DNA of 64,000 nucleotides from Antedon mediterranea (taxonomy: Eukaryota; Animalia; Echinodermata). The number at the start of each line of letters is the position of its first letter. Position 1 is the stretch's first letter. A program made the position numbers and the translations under genes. Below the pieces are notes generated by a model. The model had not been told where the DNA came from. It ran no database searches and was given only the letters and a program-made list of their open reading frames with translations. Where the stretch lies: the NCBI RefSeq assembly GCF_964355755.1, contig NC_092674.1, positions 9,114,001-9,178,000 of the forward strand, written 5' to 3'. Positions 1 to 11,140 of the stretch are shown here, piece by piece.

Positions 1-423
1 CAACGGACACAACACGAACTCAAAAAACAAGAACATTACAAAAAAAAGTCTACATCATATTTAAGGCTCTAATAGATCCTGGAAAGAAACTATTTGTAAA
101 TCGTGCCTTATTGGCCTTAATAGAACGAAATCGCCGACCGCTGCGCATCAACTGGAACATACTAGAGGCCGGATGAAAATGATCATCTTTGATAGCCACT
201 GCCTTTTTCAGAAGACGATCCGAAAATATGTTCTCCAAAGGCAGTTGTGTAGATCCAATTATACGCGATGCGGTCTTGACTATTCTATTTAGGTCACGCT
301 TTTCATTTTCGGTAGCGCTACCGAACCATACCGTTAAAGAATACGTTATTACACTCTCTATAACTGACCTATAGAAGGACGACATTATTACAGAGTTTAT
401 ACCAAATGATTTAAGTCTACGTA
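1..423 (-). mobile_element. 5'-truncated Rex1/Babar-type non-LTR retrotransposon 3' end (RT C-terminal DUF1891-like region); 3' UTR runs off the window edge
   Basis: ORF 50..385 FYRSVIESVITYSLTVWFG...HPASSMFQLMRSGRRFRSIKANKARFTNSFFPGSIRALN matches the typical Rex1/Babar ORF2 C-terminus; the frame extends upstream as RRLKSFGINS to about 423; a second copy is at 48663-49029. Confidence 0.85.
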
Positions 424-1434
424 TGTGATTCTTTCATTAAAGTACTCATGAGGTATACTTCTAAGGTGTGGTATTCACACGATAAAGTTAGTTATCAAAT
501 TTGGAGTAAAAATACAAGCGAAGGAAACTAGCGCCAGGTTTATTAGTATGTACATGGACAACAATAAATAAAAATCGTTCGTAATATACCTAGCTTACTA
601 AAACAGGAATAGTGTATCATTATTAAATATTACACCAATTATTATTTTATCAAAATTGATTAAATTATTTTCTACATAGGCCTTTATCTAGGTTAGGGCT
701 AAGCATATTAGCTAAAGTTTAATTTTAGGCCTAGTATTACAATTGTCGGACGTAAGTCTTTTTTCACACGCGCTCCAGAATTCTGTCGCAATTTTTTTCT
801 TTGCGGCATGTTATTGGATCGGCATATCAGTTACCTTTTATTCACCGCCAGTTATTGAACTTGTCCTGGCAATCGCTGTTCACCTTATTTGCGAGAGAGG
901 TACACGTGTTGTTCCTAGAGAATGGAATGTCAAAAATGTCTTTGGCACGCCGCTCAGAGAGAAGTCTGAGCGTTGCTGCTGAAACCACGTGCTATAGGAG
1001 GGGAATGCACCACAATCCTCTGAGCTGAGGGCTGAATCATTCCGCTACCTGCTACATAGTAAAGAGGGATTTTCCATTTCTCGGGTCTACCGGATCTAGG
1101 CGCAGGGGTGTGACAAAATATTATTTTCACTCTGCTATGTTCGAGAGACATGTGAGTGAACACGCTCGAAATGCCAACAAACATTGCAGTCATTTGATGA
1201 GTGTGTCGCTATAACAATTATTGTTTATCGAAAGTTGAAGACTGTCGTTCAGATTTTTGAACCGTAGTTTGGGCACTTTTGTAAAAGTAAAATTTGACAC
1301 GATATGACTTGAATGAAAAAACAATCGTTACATAAAAATAAACAACATGATGAGTGTATACACGAATCTATTTAGATACGCTTGTATCGATTGATTATTA
1401 GGCCTATAATATAGCATAATAGCGCGTTAAGATA

Positions 1435-1576
1435 TGCCTCGCACCTTTTTGAAATTGTAAACTGTATGCCTCGCACTTTTGGAAATGATAAAATGATGCC
1501 TCGCACAAATATTTGGCATGCCACGCATGCCTCGCTTGCCTCGCGTGCCTCGCTGCCTCGCACTTTGTCAACACTC
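1435..1576 (-). repeat. Clustered TGCCTCGC subterminal repeats ending in a hAT-like terminus (probable DNA transposon end)
   Basis: Seven TGCCTCGC plus one TGCCACGC, followed by ttgtcaacactc (reverse complement close to CAGTGTTGACAA); partner end not found. Confidence 0.45.
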
Positions 1577-4500
1577 CACAAAGGGACTGGGTTTCTCATC
1601 CCATGGAGGTATACCTCCATGCTCATCCAAGCATCTACTGCAGTACATTTTTTTACAGTGTATTATCATAGGAATTTAGTTTAAGTCTACATTCGTTAGG
1701 CACTGTAAATATGTATGAAAAAGGCTTGGTAAATAAGTAAAGAAACTGTAGTCACTACAGTAACTGCATTAGAATAATATTGGTATGGTTCTTAAACCAA
1801 GACCATGTCCTAACAATCTTAGTGATATAGAGGGCGACACATTTTTATCAATCTGTGTAATCTGTTTTATCTTCAATCACAAAGATCATAAATCACCTAT
1901 ATATTTTTCGTCTGTGACAAATAAAAATCTAGGTAGTTAAATACTGTATGTATACTATACAAAGACAATTTGTGAAGTTGTTGAAACATTATCATTAAAT
2001 AAAGAAGATCCAGAATAACATTGCCAGGGACAAAGTAAACTCTCCATGATCCCTCAAAAAGCTCTAATGGGCAAAACAACAAACCACAAGGAAACTAAAT
2101 ACTTGAGTTGTGGTAGAAGAGTACAATGATTTAAAATAGATTAAAATGATTTGTTTTTAGATTCAAAGTGTCAATCAAGCAATATTGACAGACTGCTGTC
2201 AAACGAAATGGTAAACATTAAAAACATAAGGGCCTGTTTCCACTGCAATTCAACTTGAAACAGATTTTAAATTTAATGTGTAAATCGACAGCAAAAAAGT
2301 CAAATATAAATAGGTTATCATCCAGACACTGTAAATGACATAAACTTTACACTGGAAAAAACAGATATTGAAAGTGATATGATAACCTGCAGAGAAAAAA
2401 TAAATCACTTTATGGAGCAGCATATCACACATAATAAACCTGATAAGGGTACTAGAAAAATAATAATAATAGAGATAAAGAAGAAATGCTGGAGGGGATT
2501 GTCATCTTTTATATTCAGTTTGACCTAGATTCAATCAGTAGGGGCAAGTTTAGCAGACACCTGTATCTAGCTACCCTTCTGAGCAGCTGTTTTCAGTGTC
2601 ACTAACCCTAGGCAATGGCATAGGTCTTTTCCTCACTCACTCACCTTCATTCCAACCTCCTACAGCATACCAAAGGACCTAAGGGACCAGCCTAGACATT
2701 CTTTCACATCCAGCAAAAAATCCAAAATGGTAGGGAATTTTTCATAATTAAATACTACTTGATCTAAACTACTAACTACAAGTTGCATTGTCACTGTCCT
2801 TGTGTTCCTCTCTGTGGTGTTAACTTTTTATTTTCTATAAAAAATACAGAGGTTGATCCATTCTAGTGGGAGTCAAGCTTGCTTTGGGCCACACTAGGAA
2901 AGGTAAAACAAGAAGAAAAAAAGGTCCTTTACAGTAAAAAGAAGGGAGTACAAGCGCCCCTATGACATGGTAATGAGTTTAAAGAAAAATACCCATGTCA
3001 CCCAACCTTTTGAAAAGATATACACTTTTATCATAACAAATACAATCCTCTGAAAATAAACAATTTTTACAGACCTTGGCTGTGATATATCTTACCAATA
3101 ATGGGGTCAAACAAGTTGCAGCAGACCACCCTGCGTTTTCAAGGTCTATATTTTATATCTACAATAAGGAACATAAAAGAGGAGAAGGGATTAAACAATT
3201 CATGGATGCCCTCTAGTGATAACATTCTGGACAAATTTGGCTGTTATAAAAAACAAATTGTGGACATACATGATAAGTTTGAAATAAATTATCATACTGT
3301 ACACTAGCTTTGTAATTTTTTTTGGTGCAACATAACATACAGATTTAATACCTCAATTTGACAGGTAGGAATTGTTGAACCTGACAAAATCTCAGTGATA
3401 AAATTAGCAATTTCCATCTAATTTTATTTAGAGGAAGAGTCAAGGTCAAAAATTGGATGGAAAGATGATGAAGTACTTAAAAATGCAGATTTCTCTTTGC
3501 AAAGCTAAGTTCTTGGCCTATTAAGTTGGCAATTACGGCATTATTTTCGTATTCTTGACAGTTCCTTTCCTTAGGCCAATTTCTGCTTAATTTACCAGGC
3601 TACAAGATGTCTCCCTCTTACTTTAGTTTACACTTTTCCAGTGCTATTAAACTGAAAAAGGAAATAAACAGGGATAGCGGCAGATCAAGGATTTTGAAAT
3701 AGAGGGGCCGAAAAATGTTGAATGAAGTGCTGAACTTTTTGTATTGTAATTTTAGACATTTTAGGAAAATTCCATGTTATCTATAGGTTCAACTTTTGTG
3801 CCTTAGTACAGTATATTAACAAACAAATGGCAAAACACAACTTAAGTATGTCACCAAAAGAAAAACACTAAGGCTCACACGTACCGTACATTCAAATGTG
3901 ACTGAAGTCTGCAATCCTATGACCTGTAGAATATACTGCATGTTTATATAGTATTGTGTCTCTTTATGTACAAATCACATCAGGAAATTGATACAAAATG
4001 ACTACCGTGGAGCTAAAACTCTAAAATAAACTCAATATTCATAAAGAATGATTTCGTGAGATCTTTCAGAAAACAAATAAAACGAAAGAAAAATAAGAAG
4101 AATGATGACGTTATGAGTTTTGAGGAGTATATATAATACAAATAAACAAATACAAAGTTAAGTGGATATAAAGCAGATAGATTATAGGTAAAATCAAAAG
4201 AATCTAAAAGTGTGATTATTTTCTTAGCCTCATAATGATTAAACCAACAGGTGTTTGGAAAGATGTTATTGTCAAGTTGTCACTTAAATTCTTTGGAACA
4301 AGACAATAAAATTGATTAATTTTACACAGTATTTTGAAACATCATATAATCACCTTTTAGAAAGGTCTAAAGTTAAGTGGATCATTTTGAAATGAAATAA
4401 TTTCATTTTGATAAGCAACTTTTACTAGGTCAAGGGTAGTTCAAACAAATCATATAGGGCCTATTTCTGCTGTGAGTGAGGAAATAAGTTAAACTGAATG

Positions 4501-5805
4501 TAAACAAATTATTGGCAAGTTTAACTCATCAAAAGTATAACTCAAAAGGCAACTCAATCGCCATATTTTAAATGCCTGTGTGAGCTGGTTGCTTTACTTC
4601 TTTCAGTACTGAAAGTAGTTAAAAATATGTTTGCCAATTATCTGTCACTGCTACAAGCAGTATTCCTTCACTAATCCTACTCATTTCTAAATATATCATA
4701 CTTTTAGAAATCTTCAACATATACATCTATTGCCTAGATTTTAAATATTTCAGAAGAAAGGCAAAATAACTGGGTTATAGCAGTAAAGGTCAAGGAACTG
4801 CATTGTTTTGTCTGATTGTACACTATTGTACATTCAACAACATCCTACACTAATTTCTTTATCAGATTTCCAGGATGATTATGCAACAACATGGATGGGT
4901 ATATGGGTACTGTATAAGAAGAGAAATTACATCTCCCCAACTTTCCTAAATTACTGATTCCAGTGCATTCCATTTTCTAACAGTTAAAGACACTTTTCCT
5001 GAAATTTTAAGATGTTTTGTAATTTAAATAATGCATACAGTAATATCATTTTCAAAACATTAAACCAGGGAGTTACAAACTCCCTGATTAAACGAGGTCA
5101 CTCCTTTTCGTAAATGTACATTTTATGGTGAAAAGAGAAAAACAATGCAAGTCCTAGTTTTGTAGGCCTACATAGGTAGTAAACAACGGTAACATCATAC
5201 ATCGTACGATAACTACAGTATAGATCTAGTCTGGCATTGTCTAGTTGCTGCATTAATTTTTGTTTGTGGCAGAATCCGTAAATATAGGGCAGTGATAATG
5301 AATATGATACAATTAAAATTAGTTATCATCAGTTACCTGGCTCCTAAATTTATTTGCTACTGACCATAGAAGGGAATTATCATTAGAAAACTTAAATCTG
5401 CCCAAGTTCATTTTTCTAGACAACTTTTTCTATACCTGTCAACCCTGTCAATAGATTACTTCCCAATTCAAAGTGCATTTCCTTTATTTCCAGAAGAATC
5501 TGGAGAAGTGATCATTTCTGTCACCTTGACTACAGTACATAGTACATGTCTCTGCCAGCTATCAATTGAAGTTACAGTATAGGCTTACCCAAGGGTCAAA
5601 TATAATACTAAATAATACATTTTAAGAAATACATGAGCAAATAACAATTGAATTGGAACTCTACTACCTGTACTGTACAATATAATACTGCCAACAAAAA
5701 ACCTCATAAATCTGTCATTTTGTCCATAAAAGCAATACAAATACTTTCCAGTGAGAGTTTGAATGTGGTGTGCTATGGTGGTATTTTAACTACAGGTACA
5801 GTATA

Positions 5806-6617
5806 CTATGGAACGCCGTTTACGCAACATTTCGATGATATGAATTTTATGACGTGATATGTGAATGAAATGCATCGATATGAAGTGAATGGCGCGATAT
5901 ATAAATGAAATGTTTTGAATTGAATGCTGTGAATTGAATGTTTTGAATGAAATGTTTTGAATGAAATGTTTTGAATGAAATGTTTTGAATGAAATGTTTT
6001 GAATTGAATGTTTTAAATGAAATGTTTTGAATGAAATGTTTGAATTGAATTGAAAAGTCAAACTATTGGTGGCGTATGTCATTCTCGCTCGCGATTATTT
6101 TCTCAACCTCTTAGGCCTAAGCCTGGGTACCCTCATCTCCTTTCTTCCTTGCTGCCTTCACAGAGAATCCTAACAGACCTGGGTTCGGAAATATGTATTC
6201 CAATGTTTCAGGTCTGTTAGGGAGTCTCTGTAAAGGATTCATATTGATGACAGCGTTGAAAGGAGATGAGGGTACCCATGCTTAGGCCTATTAAGAGGTT
6301 GAAAAAAAATCGCGAGCGGGAATGACATACGCCGCCAATAGTTTGACTTTTCAATTCAATTCAAACATTCATTTTCATTCAAAACATTTAATTCAAAACA
6401 TTTCATTCAAAACATTTCATTCAAAACATTTTATTCAAAACATTCAATTCAAAACATTTCATTCAAAACATTTCATTCAAAACATTCAATTCAAAGCATT
6501 CAATTCAAAACATTTCATTCATATATCACGCCATTCAATTCATATCGATGCATTTCATTCACATATCGCGTCATAAAATTCATATCATCGAAATGTTGCG
6601 TAAACGGCGTTCCATAG
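5806..6617. mobile_element. Foldback-type non-autonomous DNA element (long modular inverted arms with internal 14-bp tandem repeats)
   Basis: Left arm 5806-6181 is the reverse complement of right arm 6209-6617 (CTATGGAACGCCGTTTACGCAAC... / ...GTTGCGTAAACGGCGTTCCATAG); (GAATGAAATGTTTT)n in both arms; flanked by TATA or TA duplication. Confidence 0.9.
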
Positions 6618-6980
6618 TATACTGTTTGAAGACTTTAGAAGGAAATCAATAACTGTACTTTATCATTGTATGCCATAGGGAATGTATACAAATCTTAAAG
6701 TTTCTCATCTGGATTTTGCGGATTTGGGGCCAGCAAATTGTCAGGGTACATGCTGGGGGTCCCTACACACTAAGCCTTTGGGACTGTATAGTAACCTTTC
6801 AGTATAAACAAAGATTCTATGCAAACCATGCTACTTTTGCGAAAAAAGTTGTGTCTGTTGCTTTTCAGTTTTCATAATTGGCTAACTGGATTCGAAGAAG
6901 GCCCCGCAGCATGTTCCAGGTGCTTAAAAATGTTGTAAACCCAACCATAGAGACTGAGAGAAATATTTTGTGTGTGTGGT

Positions 6981-7143
6981 ATATGCTTTGATCGTCCTTA
7001 GGAGTGAGAATGCAGAAAGTCCAGGAAACTTGGAATTCTCACTCCTGAGGACGATCAAAGCAATATTGATTTAAACGTCGAGAAACTCAACAGTTCTTTT
7101 CAGAACTAATATACGTGGTGTACCGCAAACTTTATATTAACAT
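6981..7143 (+). mobile_element. Penelope-like pLTR relic with inverted segment and degenerate minimal hammerhead motif
   Basis: 6981-7011 is inverted relative to 7035-7066; ctc-CTGAGGA-c-GATCAA-loop-TTGATt-tAAA-cg-TC-gag; second copy on the - strand at 49833-49938. Confidence 0.6.
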
Positions 7144-9512
7144 TTGATTTCGCCATGCAAACCTTCAAACAATATATATGTGGTAACATAGTAACATGAA
7201 AAAGATTGGTAATGACAGTAGCATTGAAAGGCGTCCTTTTGACTATCAAACAAATATTTTCAACCAGAAAAAGGAAATCATTAAAATAGTGTTCCAACAG
7301 ACAACAACATCATAATATGTGATGTCAAATATCCTTCTGTACTAATAAAGTTATGTAATTAATAATAAATAATTGATTTTCAAGGATGTCATGCCTCAAA
7401 TGTTTTCAGAACAGCCGGTATATCTAAAAAATTAATTTAGAATCAGAAAATGTGGAAGCATTTTATACAGTAAATAAATGTTCTAACTCTGACATATAAC
7501 CTTCAATATTAATAAAACATAGGAACATTTAATGGCATAATGTGGCAAATAAACTGTTAAAAAAAAACAGCAATCATGAGATGTTTAACCTTGAAAAATG
7601 TTCTATTCAAAAGGGATTCTTTACAAAACATAATACAGTAGCGGGTCTGTTCCTACTGCCAAAAAAAATGATAAATAACTGTCTGAATAACTTACTCCCA
7701 CATTCTTAGCAGCAAAAAAAACAATACCATTTAACAAAAAAGTTATAGATGAGAAACTTTTAGGCTGCAACTGAAAAAAAACAGTTTGTTGGTTGGTTGT
7801 TAGAAAAACCATTTACATAATCTTTTCTGGCATTAAATTCAGGAACCAGCTTTCCAAAATATATTAATTTGATATTCAATTTGATTGAAAGGTACAAAGT
7901 GAAGAACAAAAATGTGTCATCATGTGAAAAAAAAAAATCTGAACACCAAAGAGCCTTAAAAATTGTCATGTTTGTCTAGACTGTTTACAAGTTTATTGTA
8001 AAAAATCTTGTTTAGTCTAGTTTGATTAAGACTGGGTTTGATATACAGTAGGTACTGCCATTGTCTTTAACAAATTTAATTATCATAATAAATAGGAATA
8101 TAACAGGATATAATGTATATCAATTAAGACCAGTTGAAATATAGGTCAGTGGTTCCTTACTGGACTGGTTAATATTTCCTTCTGGTGTTTCTTCAACTTG
8201 GTCTAGATGTTGACTTTGGTGATAAAGAAAAATACTAAACAATGAAGATGAATTAACAAAGATAAAGTTAGTAGTATACGGAAATGATGTTATCTTTTGT
8301 GAATTTGTGTTATTGTACCTAATATTGGTTCATAAACTTCCCCTGAGTTTAGCTAATGTGGGCCAGACAAATCAAATTTAGGTAATTAAGATTCTATTCT
8401 AAGATAATTTAATTTTCATGTCTGAATGACCTGTTTAAAATAACAAATTAATTTTAAAGTTTCCAAATTTACGAAAACCAGGTACCGTATATGATTTAAC
8501 AGTGATATTGAACCTCTCTTGTACAGTACTGTAAAGCTATCACACTATGTTCAGTACAAATACTAAAATCATCCCTGAGTTGTCTCTACAACTAAACATT
8601 CCAATAAAATCACTACTACTGTAGCACTAATGTGTAAGAGAAGTTGCCAAAATGTTGGTAAACAAAGCTTACAGTATTAAATACACATTTAATTCTGCAA
8701 TTTATTGGCAAGATATATTTTATTTGTCAAGAACAGTACTAAAGTATCAAAGAACAGAACAGGCAACATTTTCCCTATTACTGTTTTTACATTCCACAAA
8801 CACTCAGTATGTTTTAAGTTGGAGAACTTTTTAAAAGGCTTTCCCTGATGTTGCTAATAGCATCCTGCTGATTGTTACCACACATCATTAAAGATGATAT
8901 TCTATTGAATGAATGTCTGGCTGGCTTAGATCCAAATGAGGTGATTTTCCTCTAGTATAGTAGGTAAGTCAAGGGTGCCACAGTGTTTATTATCAGCCAC
9001 CAAGTTAAATGATGCAAACAATGAAGAATGTTTTATTAAATGGCACAAATATTTATCAAGAAGTTTTAATAGTTGCCAGTTATATTAATTGTGTCATAAC
9101 CTCTTATAAATAAAAGAACTAAATACAGAGTCTGTATATAGATTCAAATTTTGAATTAAATTGCCACCATGGTGAGAATTTTAGATACAATTACAGTAAA
9201 CATTAGCAAAAGAGGTTTATAAAGAAAACCACTCCATAGGCTACCTTGAAGGATTATTTTGATATTAGGCCTACGTTATTTATTTACAAAATTGTCTTTT
9301 AATTGTAAAAAATATGGGCCATGGCTTTACTAACACCTAAGGCTAGCAGATGGCCTAAACAGTTTTGATGGAAGTGGTCAGTGTTGAAAACCAGCACCTG
9401 CTTCTTCAATGGGAGCGTTCAATTCAATATAAAAATGTAATTTATTTTAGCTTTTACATACTGTAGGTGTTTGTGAGTTTTGTATTGCACATCGCCTAAA
9501 CTTTCCCATTAT

Positions 9513-9540
9513 AACTAAACTAAACTAAACTAAACTAAAC
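9513..9540. repeat. (AACTA)n microsatellite
   Basis: aactaaactaaactaaactaaactaaac. Confidence 0.85.
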
Positions 9541-10519
9541 ATTCAATAAAATAATCTTCATAGCAACATGCTCAAATTGATCTACCTTTTTCTTTTATAT
9601 ATATAATTATATACAAATGTATTTTTTTCTTTATTTTTATTGTATTGCTTTACCATTGATAGAAACTAATAAATGAACAATTTTCATGAGTAATCCACTA
9701 ACCCTTATTTTGTGGAAAGATATACTAATGATGTTGCATGAAAACTACATTAGCATAAGGCCATTACTAGTGACAAGTGTTTCCTATTTTTCCTATATTA
9801 TCTATTCTTCTTTTCTATGATATAGACCTATCACCAATTGCCCTATTTCATTCTTCCTGGATGAAGCATATCAACATATTTAAAACAGCCCACACATTCA
9901 TATTGTGCAATATATGAACTAAAAAAATATGGTATTTGAAGGAAAAAAATATTGAATTACATAGCAGCCCTCATTTTGTGTAGAAAACAATCTCTTTAAA
10001 GTTCCAATTCACAGTTATTGTACATAACTAGTTGACTATGTTTCACAATAATATTAATGTTTAGCTTGGTTCCCACTACTACACAATGCAAGTGACATAG
10101 TCACAAGGTATCAACAAAAAATGGCTTAACTGTATGTGCAGAATGATGATTTAAGCATTGATTCCACATAGGCAACAGCGACTGTGTATGCTACTTTAAA
10201 TTTAACGCAAAAAAACATTTATATGAAACCTTTTTTGTTAAAAGAATGTAACATCTATATTCAAATCACCACCCCCAGTGGCATAACACAGCGGCCAAAG
10301 ACCACTGGTTTAGCACTTCTGTAAGGGGGCCCTCCAATGCTGGGTAGTTGCATTGGACTGTTCATGCCAGCTCATATAGCTATGGTACTCCACCGTCACC
10401 ACTGCATGACCACTCTTTCTTTCTCTTTTCTTTCTTAAAAAATCTGTTTCTGCATGGAAAGGGAATCAAGCAGTTTGCTCCTTGCACCATTTACTATGAC
10501 TACAGTTATTTTTACTTAC

Positions 10520-10579
10520 CCTATCACCTTTTGTTCCATTGCAAATACACCTTGGAGCCCCTTGACAACCCACACATGC
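10520..10579 (-). CDS. COL4A1: Collagen IV alpha1-like chain, coding exon 2 (7S N-terminus, ACVGCQGAPRCICNGTKGDR)
   Basis: ttttcttacag acceptor, 60-nt phase-0 exon, gtaagt donor; four Cys followed by Gly-X-Y as in the collagen IV 7S start; in frame with exon 22014-22085. Confidence 0.85.
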
Positions 10580-10892
10580 CTGTAAGAAAAGAGCATTTTA
10601 TTTTTTAAAGAATTAAATCATGTTTACGCCAAAAATTAATTATTAATTTCTCATTTTTATTTTCTAACTTTCTAGTCTTTAATTAATTAAATGTAAACAA
10701 ATTCCTAATGTTAATGTTTGAAAGAAAATACAAATTGAGAAAAACTATAAAGTTGTCATTCTGAATCCCCTTATTTTGTTACATTTTACAAAATATTAAG
10801 GTGAATACAGAACATAATTCTTACACTCCAGTGATTTGTAAAGGTATGAAGAGTCTCTGTCTTCTGTTTATTGAAGCGATTTCGCGGTAGTG

Positions 10893-11140
10893 GGTAATGC
10901 GTTGCCACCACGGCAATAAAGACTAATCAACTTCACGAAGATATGAACACTTTTAATAAATAAACGAAAGTAATATCAATCGACACTAGGCCTACTAGAA
11001 CCAACTAACACATGGCGACGTGACAACAATGTCGCTCGATCGGGCGCAAGGTGGCGCACTGCAACAACAACACACAAGGACGTGCGAGTCTGATGGCGCA
11101 GATAGATAGTATTGTATTCTACTATACAGCCCGTATTACA
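10893..11140 (-). mobile_element. Probable degraded LTR remnant
   Basis: CpG-rich island in an AT-rich intron; the - strand starts TGTAATACGG, contains ATTAAA and ends near TGGTGGCAACG (tRNA-Leu PBS-like); no clean TSD. Confidence 0.4.

Noticed and set aside
430-1380. CpG-rich block with short ORFs 743-1193
   Set aside because: No recognisable protein motifs or paired termini; probably a decayed DNA transposon interior, but it cannot be supported
2641-2700. Possible exon 3 of the - strand collagen (AGPLGPL, or a 15-nt EVGMK micro-exon)
   Set aside because: Only two Gly triplets, out of register with exon 2, weak polypyrimidine tract and stops in longer readings; I found no convincing Gly-X-Y exon in 1-10519
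5900-6050. CRISPR-like regular repeats
   Set aside because: Head-to-tail satellite with no unique spacers, eukaryotic context and no cas genes
5786-6576. Mirror-image ORFs with SFKTFHSKHFIQNI repeats
   Set aside because: Translation artefacts of the 14-bp tandem repeats in the foldback arms
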